From: Agathobacter sp.
GTDB taxonomy: Bacteria; Bacillota; Clostridia; Lachnospirales; Lachnospiraceae
Direction: 5' to 3'
NCBI GenBank assembly: GCA_022775045.1
Contig: JALFLB010000011.1
Coordinates: 23,384-87,383, forward strand
Length of the DNA: 64,000 nucleotides
The number at the start of each line of letters is the position of its first letter. Within the stretch, counting starts at the first letter, position 1. The notes beneath the pieces are model-generated. The model was not told where the DNA came from. It was given only the letters and a program-made list of their open reading frames with translations, and did not search any database. The position numbers and the translations under genes were made by a program. Positions 49,826 through 58,937 of the stretch are shown in pieces.

Positions 49826-52531
49826 TTGGTACTTGGAATTCTGGCACATGTAGATGCAGGTAAGACAACTTTATCAGAGGCAATGCTCTATACCACAGGG
49901 CAGATTCGGACACTCGGCAGAGTCGATCATCAGGACGCTTATCTGGATACGGATGAACAGGAAAGAAAGCGTGGAATAACGATTTTTTCCAAACAGGCCC
50001 GTTTGAAAGACTGGACTCTTCTTGATACCCCGGGACATGTGGATTTTTCTGCAGAGATGGAGCGGACTCTGCAGGTTCTTGATTATGCAATTCTTGTAAT
50101 CAGCGGTACGGATGGTGTGCAGGGGCACACCCGTACTCTGTGGCGGCTTCTTCGCCATTATGAGATTCCCACATTCATTTTTGTGAATAAGATGGATTTG
50201 CCTGGGGCAGATCGTGCTTTTGTACAGACACAGCTTAAGAAGGAACTGTCGGATGGCTGTGTGGATTTTACCCAGAGTCAGGAGGCTGAGGGGGAACTGA
50301 CGGATGCATTTTATGAGGAGATTGCGGTCTGTGGAGAGGACTTTCTGGATGAATACATGCACAATGGGGAGATTGCGATTGACCACATTGCGGAAGGAAT
50401 CACTCAGAGACTTGTATTCCCTTGTTTTTACGGTTCAGCACTCCGGCTGGAGGGAATTGAAACATTTCTTACAGGACTTTCCCGGTATATGCGAAAGCCG
50501 GATTATGGTAGTGATTTTGCTGCACGGGTTTACAAAATTGGGCGGGATGTGCGTGGTGCGCGCCTGACCTATTTGAAAGTGACTGGTGGAAAGCTGCGGG
50601 TGAAAGAACGGATTTCCTACGATGGTCTGGAGGAGAAGGTGGATCAGATCCGGCTCTATTCCGGGGATAAGTATGAGACTACGGAGGAACTTGCGGCAGG
50701 TGAGGTCTGTGCGGTGACCGGGCTTACTGCTACATATCCAGGGCAGGGACTGGGGGCAGAGCAGGCGACAAGCGCTCCTTTGCTGGAGCCGGTATTAAAT
50801 TATCAGATAAGACTTCCGCAGGATGTCAATCCGGTTGAGATGATGGGAAAGCTCAAATTGCTGGAAGAGGAAGATCCGCAGCTTCACATTCTCTGGAATG
50901 AACAGCTGCAGGAGATCCATGTGCAGATGATGGGGCAGGTGCAGATTGAAGTACTGACTCAGCTCATCAAAGAGCGGTTTGGTGTTGTGGTTGCCTTTGG
51001 CCAGGGGAATATCGTCTATAAAGAGACGATTGCAAAACCAGTGGAGGGAATCGGACACTTTGAGCCGCTGCGCCATTATGCTGAGGTGCATCTGCTGTTA
51101 GAGCCGGCGGAGCCGGGAAGTGGGATTCAGGTATCCAGCGTTTGTAGTGAAGATGTGCTGGATTTAAATTGGCAGCGCCTGATTGCGACTCATGTGACGG
51201 AGCGGGAGCATCCCGGGGTACTGACCGGTTCGGTACTTACGGATGTGAAAGTTACAATTTTGACGGGACGTGCCCACACGAAGCATACAGAGGGCGGAGA
51301 TTTCCGGCAGGCAACCTACCGTGCCATCCGGCAGGGACTCAAAAGCACCCGGAGTGTACTCTTGGAGCCGATGTATGCCTTTTCCTTAGAAGTGCCGCAG
51401 GAGACGGTGGGACGGGCTATGACAGATTTAAAACAGCGCTGTGGAATGTTTGATTCACCGCAGTTTGTTTCCGGCTCACATGGGGATATGGCAGTGTTGA
51501 CCGGTAAAGTCCCAGTTTCTACCATGCAGGATTACAGCGCGGAAGTGGCAGCCTATACAAGCGGAAAGGGACATCTGACGCTGGAGTTGGCTGGGTATGA
51601 TGTGTGCCACAACAGCGAGGAAGTAATTGCATCTATTGGTTACGACAGCGAGGCGGATACAGCCAATCCGACGGGCTCGGTGTTCTGTGCGCACGGTGCA
51701 GGCTTTCTTGTACCGTGGGATGAGGTGGACCGCTATATGCATCTGGAGCGGGTCATTGATTCGAATCAATATACGTTAGCAGCAGGAAATGGACGCACCT
51801 ATGATATGACAGGAGCAGCTTACAGTGCCGGGGAAGCAGATTCCCTGACCGGAATTAAGAGGCGCGGAAGCTGGGAGAAGTCCGTGTCTAATATGAGCTC
51901 CTTAGAACTGGACAAGGAACTGGCGGATGTGTACGCCAGAGAGTTTGGCATGAGCCGGGAGGACATGGAAGAGCAGGAGCGACGCAAATGGAGTCAGAAG
52001 AAGCCGGATAAGTTAAAGGCACCCACAGTAAAGCATGATAAAAAGGGAAATCCAATCTACCCGGCCAAGGGACCACAGGAGCGTATGCTTGTGGTGGATG
52101 GTTATAACATTATTTTTGCTTGGAAGGATCTGAACGAATTGTCCCGGGTGAATATTGCTTCGGCAAGGGATCGGCTAAAGGATATTCTGCTTAATTATCA
52201 GGGGTATGAAGGCTGCCGTCTGGTTGTGGTTTTCGATGCCTATAAGGTAAAGGATAATGCTGGAAAGAAGGAATTCTATGACGGGAGGCGAAAGCGTCAG
52301 GGCGCAGGAAATCCGTCCGGCGATATTGGAATTGAAGTGGTGTACACCCGCACCGATGAGACTGCCGATGCTTATATTGAGAGGCTGGTGCATGATGAGA
52401 AGGGACATTACCATATCTCCGTTGCCACAAATGACGGGCTGGTGCAGCTTACGGTTATGAGTCAGGGTGCCCTTCGTATGTCGGCGGAGAATCTGCGTGA
52501 GGAGATTGCGAGAGCCGGGCAAAAAGGATAA
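49826..52531 (+). CDS. EF-G/TetM-like translational GTPase fused to a C-terminal NYN (YacP/Rae1-like) domain
   Basis: AHVDAGKTT, RGITI, DTPGH and NKMD, EF-G domains II-V, then VDGYN...VFDA...ETAD...ATND; TTG start. Confidence 0.9.
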   Translation: MVLGILAHVDAGKTTLSEAMLYTTGQIRTLGRVDHQDAYLDTDEQERKRGITIFSKQARLKDWTLLDTPGHVDFSAEMERTLQVLDYAILVISGTDGVQGHTRTLWRLLRHYEIPTFIFVNKMDLPGADRAFVQTQLKKELSDGCVDFTQSQEAEGELTDAFYEEIAVCGEDFLDEYMHNGEIAIDHIAEGITQRLVFPCFYGSALRLEGIETFLTGLSRYMRKPDYGSDFAARVYKIGRDVRGARLTYLKVTGGKLRVKERISYDGLEEKVDQIRLYSGDKYETTEELAAGEVCAVTGLTATYPGQGLGAEQATSAPLLEPVLNYQIRLPQDVNPVEMMGKLKLLEEEDPQLHILWNEQLQEIHVQMMGQVQIEVLTQLIKERFGVVVAFGQGNIVYKETIAKPVEGIGHFEPLRHYAEVHLLLEPAEPGSGIQVSSVCSEDVLDLNWQRLIATHVTEREHPGVLTGSVLTDVKVTILTGRAHTKHTEGGDFRQATYRAIRQGLKSTRSVLLEPMYAFSLEVPQETVGRAMTDLKQRCGMFDSPQFVSGSHGDMAVLTGKVPVSTMQDYSAEVAAYTSGKGHLTLELAGYDVCHNSEEVIASIGYDSEADTANPTGSVFCAHGAGFLVPWDEVDRYMHLERVIDSNQYTLAAGNGRTYDMTGAAYSAGEADSLTGIKRRGSWEKSVSNMSSLELDKELADVYAREFGMSREDMEEQERRKWSQKKPDKLKAPTVKHDKKGNPIYPAKGPQERMLVVDGYNIIFAWKDLNELSRVNIASARDRLKDILLNYQGYEGCRLVVVFDAYKVKDNAGKKEFYDGRRKRQGAGNPSGDIGIEVVYTRTDETADAYIERLVHDEKGHYHISVATNDGLVQLTVMSQGALRMSAENLREEIARAGQKG

Positions 52532-52550
52532 AGTGATAGGAGGAGAAATT

Positions 52551-53744
52551 ATGATAGTTGCAGAAGATATGTACAGATTAGGAAGTCAGCGTTCGGCAAT
52601 CCGGGAATTGTTTGAATATGGAAAACAGAGAGCAGCAGTTGTGGGAGCAGAGAATGTGTACGATTTTTCTCTGGGGAATCCGACTGTTCCGGCACCGGCA
52701 TGTGTCAATGAAACGATTCGCCAGTTGACGGAGTCACTGGATTCCATCTCGCTGCATGGTTACACATCCGCCCAGGGAGATGAGGAGACAAGGGCAGCCA
52801 TTGCAGCTTATCTCAACCGGGCGCATGGCACGCATTTCCGTGAGGATAATTTCTATATAACAATGGGCGCAGCGGCATCGTTGTCCATCTGCTTTCGTGC
52901 ACTGACCACCAGTCCGGAAGATGAATTTATTGCGATTGCACCATTCTTTCCGGAGTATCGGGTATTTGTTGAGGCAAATGGTGCAAAGCTTGTGATTGTT
53001 CCGGCGGACACCGAAACTTTTCAGATTAATTTCGAGGAACTGGAAAAGGCTGTGAATTCCCATACGAAGGGAGTAATTATCAATTCCCCGAACAATCCGT
53101 CCGGTGCGGTGTATTCGGAGGAGACGATTCAGAAGCTGGCAGACTTGCTTCGTGGAAAATCAAAGGAATTTGGAACGGAGATTTTCATTCTTGCAGATGA
53201 ACCATATCGTGAAATTGTCTATGATGGAGTGCAGGTTCCATTTGTTACGAAGTATTATGACAACACACTGGTATGCTATTCCTACAGCAAGTCATTGTCT
53301 CTGCCGGGAGAGAGAATCGGTTACGTTTTGGTGCCGGATGAGGTGACGGAGAGCGAAACTGTGTATGCGGCGGTTGCAGGAGCCGGACGTGCCCTTGGTT
53401 ATGTTTGTGCGCCGAGTATGTTCCAGAAGGTTCTTGTGCAGTGCATGGGACAGACGGGAGATGTGGAACTCTATAAGAAGAACCGGGATTTGCTCTATGA
53501 AGGGCTGACGAAAATCGGATACGAATGCTTTCAACCGCAAGGCGCCTTCTACCTGTTTGTGAAGGCACTGGATCCGGATGCGGATGCTTTCTGTGAGCGG
53601 GCAAAGGAGGAGGATCTGCTTATTGTTTCCGCCACAGGCTTTGGCTGTCCGGGTTATGTACGCATTTCCTATTGTGTGGATGAGGATATGATCCAGCGTT
53701 CCTTTGGGGCTTTTGAGAGGTTATACAATAAGTATGAGCACTAA
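52551..53744 (+). CDS. Class I/II PLP-dependent aminotransferase (aspartate aminotransferase-like)
   Basis: FSLGNP, INSPNNPSG, ADEPY and SYSKSLSLPGERIG. Confidence 0.92.
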   Translation: MIVAEDMYRLGSQRSAIRELFEYGKQRAAVVGAENVYDFSLGNPTVPAPACVNETIRQLTESLDSISLHGYTSAQGDEETRAAIAAYLNRAHGTHFREDNFYITMGAAASLSICFRALTTSPEDEFIAIAPFFPEYRVFVEANGAKLVIVPADTETFQINFEELEKAVNSHTKGVIINSPNNPSGAVYSEETIQKLADLLRGKSKEFGTEIFILADEPYREIVYDGVQVPFVTKYYDNTLVCYSYSKSLSLPGERIGYVLVPDEVTESETVYAAVAGAGRALGYVCAPSMFQKVLVQCMGQTGDVELYKKNRDLLYEGLTKIGYECFQPQGAFYLFVKALDPDADAFCERAKEEDLLIVSATGFGCPGYVRISYCVDEDMIQRSFGAFERLYNKYEH

Positions 53745-54009
53745 AATACGGGAGTATATGGTTTTCACCGGGCGAGTGCAGGGAGTGGGATTTCGCTATA
53801 AAATGACATATCTTGCTAACTCTTTTGGTTTGACTGGCTGGGTGAGGAATGAATATGATGGTTCGGTGTCTGCCGAGTTGCAGGGTCTGCCCGGGGAACT
53901 GGATCAGATTATCCAAAGGCTGGGGCAGGACCGCTATATTGAGATTGACGGCATCAGCCGGAAGAAGATTCCAGTTAGGGATGATGAAAGAGAGTTTCGG
54001 ATTCGTTAA
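53734..54009 (+). CDS. acyP: Acylphosphatase
   Basis: GRVQGVGFR and GLTGWVRN. Confidence 0.92.
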   Translation: MSTKIREYMVFTGRVQGVGFRYKMTYLANSFGLTGWVRNEYDGSVSAELQGLPGELDQIIQRLGQDRYIEIDGISRKKIPVRDDEREFRIR

Positions 54010-54119
54010 TTTGGAAAATGGATTTTAAAAAATGGCGCAGTGCGGCTATGAACGCTCAGCAGGAGTGCCGGTAAAAGCGAGCCCCTCAATTTTGAGGGGC
54101 TTGGACACTTTTTATGAAA

Positions 54120-55784
54120 TTAGTGAATGTACAGTTTCTCGAATTCTTCCACCGGCATTGGCTTCGCATAGTAGAAGCCCTGGGCGGTATTACAACCACA
54201 ATTTTGCAGAAAATCTGCCTGATCTTTTGTTTCCACCCCTTCGGCAATCATGTCAAGCCCGATGGATTTTGCCATCTGAATGGTGTGCTCTACAATTCGT
54301 TGTCCGCGGGCGGAGCCGATAAAATCCTGTAAGAAGGAACGGTCAATTTTGATGACATCGAACTGGGTATCCTTCAGGGTGTTGAGAGAAGAGTAACCGG
54401 AGCCGAAATCATCCATCAATAAGGTGAATCCATGATCCTTCAGCTGCTGCATGCTTTCCGAAATTCCGGCTTCGTTCACAGTTTCGGTAATCTCAATTTC
54501 CAGAAGAGATTTTGGAATCTGATATTTCTCAATTAAAGAATCTAGTATCTGAATAAAATTTATATCCCGTAAATGCCGTCGGGAGACGTTGATGGAAATA
54601 GGCAGTGGTGTAATTTTGGCATCCATCCATTTACGAATCAATTTACAGGCTTCTTCCCAGATATACTGATCCATTTTAATAATGAATCCATTTCTCTCAA
54701 ATACAGGTACAAAATCGTTTGGAGGGACAATGCCGTGCCCGGGCATAATCCACCTTACAAGAGCCTCGGCCCCAACGATCCCGCCATTTGCAATGTTGCA
54801 TTTGGGCTGGAGATACATGACGAACTCACCGTTTTCTAACGCCTGATTCATGTTATCTTCAATAAATTTGCTGGTTGAGATATCTTTTTTCAGGGCGGTG
54901 TGGTAAAAGGCAACTTTCTGAAGCGCATCATCTTTGATGCTTTGTCTCGCCATTGCAGCTGCATCACCATACTGCCTAAGCCCGCCGGTAAGATCTCCGA
55001 TAGGGCAGACTCCATATACAATCCGGTATTGCATACCGTCATAGCCCAGTAAATGTTGATCCAGAAGTTCGACAAAATCATAAAGATCAGCTTTGTCTTC
55101 GTATGGTGTAATAATCATAAATACATCTGCAGATAACCGGCTGTAGAGCTGGTATTTATTACAAATCACCTTAAGCGTTGAGACAAAGAAATTAAGCAGC
55201 TCAGTTGCCTTTTCTTCACCGTAATCGGCAGTGATCATTTTGAACTTTGCGACATCAAACTGGATTACTGCAAATTCCATATCCGGGTGTGAGTGAATTA
55301 ATTCTGCAACCTGATCCTGAAAAAGCGCAGGGTTAAGATCAGCAGTAAATGTTTGAGCAATTCGGATTCGATGAACTTCTTCTACGTCCAAAGGGTCTGT
55401 CATGACGAAAATCCGGCTGATTTTTTTGTCTTCCCAGTCGAGCCAACATTCAATATTCTGATAGAGATAGGCTCCATTGTCTGCTAACAATCGCACAGCG
55501 ATAGTTGATTTTCGGTCATGTGATGTAATGCTGGATGAATTTCCAGACATAGCGGCTTTCATCTGATCTAAAAACACATTGAAAGTAGGAACATCATCCT
55601 TATATACCCAGTTCTTCAGATGAAACAAATCCATCTGTGAGTAATCAGCATCCTTCAGGACCTTGGAATGCTTTGTAGCAGTATGCCAGCCACTTCCCTT
55701 TTCCCAGAGCAAAATCAGGAAATCTTCTCTGTCATCGATATATTTTAGTATTCTTTGCATTATGTCCATAACAACACCCCACAA
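54120..55784 (-). CDS. EAL-domain phosphodiesterase with degenerate GGDEF domain
   Basis: YLQPK, EALVRW, SINVS, IEITE, DDFGSGYSS and KIDRSF; the GGDEF position reads SADVF. Confidence 0.9.
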   Translation of the reverse strand: MWGVVMDIMQRILKYIDDREDFLILLWEKGSGWHTATKHSKVLKDADYSQMDLFHLKNWVYKDDVPTFNVFLDQMKAAMSGNSSSITSHDRKSTIAVRLLADNGAYLYQNIECWLDWEDKKISRIFVMTDPLDVEEVHRIRIAQTFTADLNPALFQDQVAELIHSHPDMEFAVIQFDVAKFKMITADYGEEKATELLNFFVSTLKVICNKYQLYSRLSADVFMIITPYEDKADLYDFVELLDQHLLGYDGMQYRIVYGVCPIGDLTGGLRQYGDAAAMARQSIKDDALQKVAFYHTALKKDISTSKFIEDNMNQALENGEFVMYLQPKCNIANGGIVGAEALVRWIMPGHGIVPPNDFVPVFERNGFIIKMDQYIWEEACKLIRKWMDAKITPLPISINVSRRHLRDINFIQILDSLIEKYQIPKSLLEIEITETVNEAGISESMQQLKDHGFTLLMDDFGSGYSSLNTLKDTQFDVIKIDRSFLQDFIGSARGQRIVEHTIQMAKSIGLDMIAEGVETKDQADFLQNCGCNTAQGFYYAKPMPVEEFEKLYIH

Positions 55785-55902
55785 GTAAAATGAAAAGTAA
55801 CCATTTCATCCTATTGGATAATATTAACATAAAATGATAAAAAATGAAACTGTTTTTGAACATTTTGACAAGGAAAATATGAAAATATAATTTTATAATT
55901 TC

Positions 55903-55931
55903 TTGCTATATACCAAAGTGGGGTATATAAT
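55903..55931 (+). promoter_or_regulatory. SigA promoter with a CsoR-type operator in the spacer
   Basis: TTGCTA (55903-55908), 17 bp, TATAAT (55926-55931). ATACC-N7-GGTAT with a G-tract at 55910-55926. Confidence 0.65.
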
Positions 55932-55940
55932 ATTTAAATA

Positions 55941-56021
55941 TCTGGTGCAGAAATCGCAGATGAGATGTTGAAAAAGGCAGTTGAGGAGCAGGATTATAAG
56001 GTTACTGCGATTAATAGCTAG
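55941..56021 (+). pseudogene. C-terminal remnant of a CopA/CopZ-type heavy-metal-associated domain
   Basis: Frame reads SGAEIADEMLKKAVEEQDYKVTAINS*, with an in-frame stop just upstream (55935-55937); resembles clostridial Cu-ATPase C-termini. Confidence 0.65.
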
Positions 56022-56039
56022 ATGATAGGGGGATATTGT

Positions 56040-57071
56040 ATGAGAAAAAAAGGGATATGTTTAAAGATTCTTGCTGTTGTATGTATTTGTGTTTTGATCT
56101 TCGATTTAACAGGCGGGGTCCAGACGACATACGCGGCAACGAAATTTGTCGATGCGAAGGCAGGACCACTTCATGTGGAGGGAACGAAACTTTGTGACGA
56201 GAACGGCAACATGGTGCAGCTGAGAGGAATCAGCACACATGGACTTTCCTGGTTTCCGCAATATGTGAATGATAAGTGCTTTAAGGAGCTTCATGACAAG
56301 TGGGGCATTAATGTTGTACGTCTTGCTATGTATACGGAGGAGTACAACGGATATTGCAGTGGTGATGCAAATAACCGTAAGGAACTGAAAAAACTGATCA
56401 AAAAGGGAGTTAAACTTGCTTCAAACTATGATATGTATGTAATTGTAGACTGGCACATCTTAACAGATGGGAATCCCAATACACACAAGAAAGCAGCGAA
56501 AGCTTTTTTTAAGGATATGTCAAAGCAATTAAAAGACTACGATAATGTGCTGTATGAGATTTGTAATGAGCCGAATGGGGGAACTACATGGAAACAGATC
56601 AAGTCCTATGCAAAGGAAATCATTCCGGTGATTCGGGAGAACGATAAAGATGCGGTTATCATCGTTGGTACACCGACCTGGTCACAGGATGTGGATCAGG
56701 CCGCGGCAAGTCCGATAAAGGAAGATAATCTTATGTATGCACTGCATTTTTACGCTGGAACACACAAGGAAGACCTGCGTAAAAAGATGACAGATGCGAT
56801 TAAAGCAGGACTACCTATATTTGTCAGCGAATTTGGCATTTGTGATGCGAGTGGAAGCGGTGCAATTAATAAGACCGAGGCGAAAAAATGGATCAATGCG
56901 ATGAATAAATATGATGTCAGTTATGTCGCGTGGAATCTGTCGAATAAGGGGGAGACTTCGGCGGTTATAAAGAGCAGTTGCCAGAAAACAAGTGGTTTTA
57001 AAAAGCGTGATCTGAGTGATTCAGGGAAGTGGCTGTATGACATTTTTAAAAAATGTCAAAAAAGTAGGTAA
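56040..57071 (+). CDS. Secreted GH5 endoglucanase/cellulase-family protein
   Basis: Signal peptide, QLRGISTHG, IVDWH, YEICNEP (acid/base), ALHFYAG and FVSEFG (nucleophile). Confidence 0.92.
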   Translation: MRKKGICLKILAVVCICVLIFDLTGGVQTTYAATKFVDAKAGPLHVEGTKLCDENGNMVQLRGISTHGLSWFPQYVNDKCFKELHDKWGINVVRLAMYTEEYNGYCSGDANNRKELKKLIKKGVKLASNYDMYVIVDWHILTDGNPNTHKKAAKAFFKDMSKQLKDYDNVLYEICNEPNGGTTWKQIKSYAKEIIPVIRENDKDAVIIVGTPTWSQDVDQAAASPIKEDNLMYALHFYAGTHKEDLRKKMTDAIKAGLPIFVSEFGICDASGSGAINKTEAKKWINAMNKYDVSYVAWNLSNKGETSAVIKSSCQKTSGFKKRDLSDSGKWLYDIFKKCQKSR

Positions 57072-57179
57072 AATGGTCTATTTTATTTGCGATACAAATT
57101 TTATATATTATATATGAGATATTTATGTCATTTTGAATTATAGTCAATTGGCAAAACAAACAAAAGGAGATTTAGTGAA

Positions 57180-57743
57180 ATGGGAAACTATCAAAATGCA
57201 GGCGCAGGACTCAAGAAAATGTTTATTGCATCTGTTGGTGCAATCATTTGTACCGTATTGATGATCATTCCAATCGTCAATATTCTGGCTGCAATCGGAG
57301 CAATTGTATTTGGAATCATCAGTATGGTTGGATTGTATGGAGCAGGTAAAGATATCGCTGGATGTAAGACAGCATTTACCATTACAATTGTTAATCTGGT
57401 GGTAAGTGTACTTGGTGCATTCCTTAAGATTGGTGTTTTAGGAACAATTATTACAATTGTTGGCGAGGTATTATCATTACTGGTTGTTTATTATGTATGT
57501 ACATCAGTTTCAGAAGCGTTGACAGGAATTGGTGCTGCTGAGGCAGCGCAGAAGGGACTTACTGTATGGAAGATGAACCTTGTTTGCTATATCATTATGA
57601 TTGTAGTGGAAGTTCTTGCTTTGATTCCGTTTATTAATATTATTGCAGCTGTTGTTCGTGTCATTACAGCAATCGTACAGATTGTTGCCTCTATCCTGTA
57701 TATGATTTTCTTAAACAAGAGCTATCAGGCTTTTGGTGCATAA
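57180..57743 (+). CDS. Hypothetical integral membrane protein
   Basis: Highly hydrophobic 187-aa ORF with an AAGGAG RBS and an internally repeated IP-x-(V/I)NI-x-AA motif. Confidence 0.8.
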   Translation: MGNYQNAGAGLKKMFIASVGAIICTVLMIIPIVNILAAIGAIVFGIISMVGLYGAGKDIAGCKTAFTITIVNLVVSVLGAFLKIGVLGTIITIVGEVLSLLVVYYVCTSVSEALTGIGAAEAAQKGLTVWKMNLVCYIIMIVVEVLALIPFINIIAAVVRVITAIVQIVASILYMIFLNKSYQAFGA

Positions 57744-57761
57744 CAGTCGATTGAAACAAAT

Positions 57762-57821
57762 GAATATGTAATACATCCCCTGCATAGACTGTACAAACAG
57801 ATATGCAGGGGTATTTTTTTG
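57762..57821 (+). promoter_or_regulatory. SigE-type promoter plus RBS-masking hairpin of spoIIID
   Basis: ATA (57764-57766), 16 bp, CATAGACT (57783-57790). CCCCTGCATA (57777-57786) and TATGCAGGGG (57802-57811) form a perfect 10-bp repeat. Confidence 0.7.
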
Positions 57822-58076
57822 AAAACATATATTGAAGAACGCGCTGTGGAAATCGCGAATTATATCATTGAACACAATGCCACCGTGCGGCAGGCTGCGA
57901 AGAGTTTTGGCATTAGTAAAAGTACTGTACATAAGGATGTTACCGAGCGGCTGACGCAGATTAATCCCGGACTTGCAGCGGAAACCCGAAAGGTGATTGA
58001 TGTGAACAAGTCTGAACGTCATATTCGTGGCGGAATGGCAACCAAAGAAAAATATGCACATCAACATGTAATGTAG
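57819..58076 (+). CDS. spoIIID: Sporulation transcriptional regulator SpoIIID
   Basis: YIEERAVEIANYII...TVRQAAKSFGISKSTVHKDVTERL...RHIRGGMATKEKY; TTG start. Confidence 0.96.
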   Translation: MKTYIEERAVEIANYIIEHNATVRQAAKSFGISKSTVHKDVTERLTQINPGLAAETRKVIDVNKSERHIRGGMATKEKYAHQHVM

Positions 58077-58240
58077 GAACGTGGTATCAGCAAGGCACTG
58101 GCAGCAGTGTCTTGCCACCATCTTGCGTGAAATTATATAATTATTTTACTGACAAAAGAGAGAAAGATTAGGAGTGGAAAAAAAGATAGGTAGTATGTAT
58201 AATGGAGCAGGAACAATAATATTTACCATGAGAGGTGCAT

Positions 58241-58876
58241 ATGAATATAAAGAGAGAACAGCTGAAATTGTATGCGGTGACGGACCGCAGCTGGCTTGGC
58301 GATGAAACCTTATATGAGCAGGTGGAAAAAGCGCTGAAGGGAGGCGCGACCATGGTGCAGCTTCGTGAAAAGAATCTGGACGAGGAGACTTTCGTTCAGG
58401 AGGCGGAGGAAATCATGGAATTGTGCCATAGATATCAGGTGCCGTTTATTGTAAATGATAATGTGGAGTTGGCGAAACGTATCGGAGCTGATGGGGTTCA
58501 TATCGGACAAGCAGATATGGAGCTGGAGCAGGCGAGAAAACTTCTTGGCGCAGATGCAATTATCGGTGTGACGGCAAAGACGATTCAGCAGGCAAAAGCT
58601 GCTGAAGAGGGCGGCGCAGATTATCTTGGAAGCGGTGCGGTCTTTGGCAGCAGTACAAAGCCGGATGCAAAGCCGATGGATCACGCGTTGCTGCAGGAAA
58701 TCTGCGGGAGTGTGGAGATTCCGGTTGTGGCAATCGGTGGAATTTCGGCTGCGAATGTAATGCAGCTGAAAGGCAGAGGAATGGCCGGAGTTGCTGTGGT
58801 CAGTGGAATTTTTGCGTGTGAGGATATTGAGGCCGGAACAAAAGAACTGTGTGAACTTGTAGAGCATATTATATAG
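58241..58876 (+). CDS. thiE: Thiamine-phosphate synthase
   Basis: LYAVTD, VQLREK, IVNDN, GVHIGQAD, STKPD and VAIGGI. Confidence 0.95.
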   Translation: MNIKREQLKLYAVTDRSWLGDETLYEQVEKALKGGATMVQLREKNLDEETFVQEAEEIMELCHRYQVPFIVNDNVELAKRIGADGVHIGQADMELEQARKLLGADAIIGVTAKTIQQAKAAEEGGADYLGSGAVFGSSTKPDAKPMDHALLQEICGSVEIPVVAIGGISAANVMQLKGRGMAGVAVVSGIFACEDIEAGTKELCELVEHII

Positions 58877-58937
58877 GATAAGTGTTTTCAAAATGCAATT
58901 GATGTTTTGATTATATATGGACGCAGAAGGAGAGAAT

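Noticed and set aside
49826-52531. Acquired tetracycline resistance gene (tetM/O/W)
   Set aside because: It lacks the YSPVST loop, carries an extra NYN domain, and sits in a core operon with no mobile-element context.
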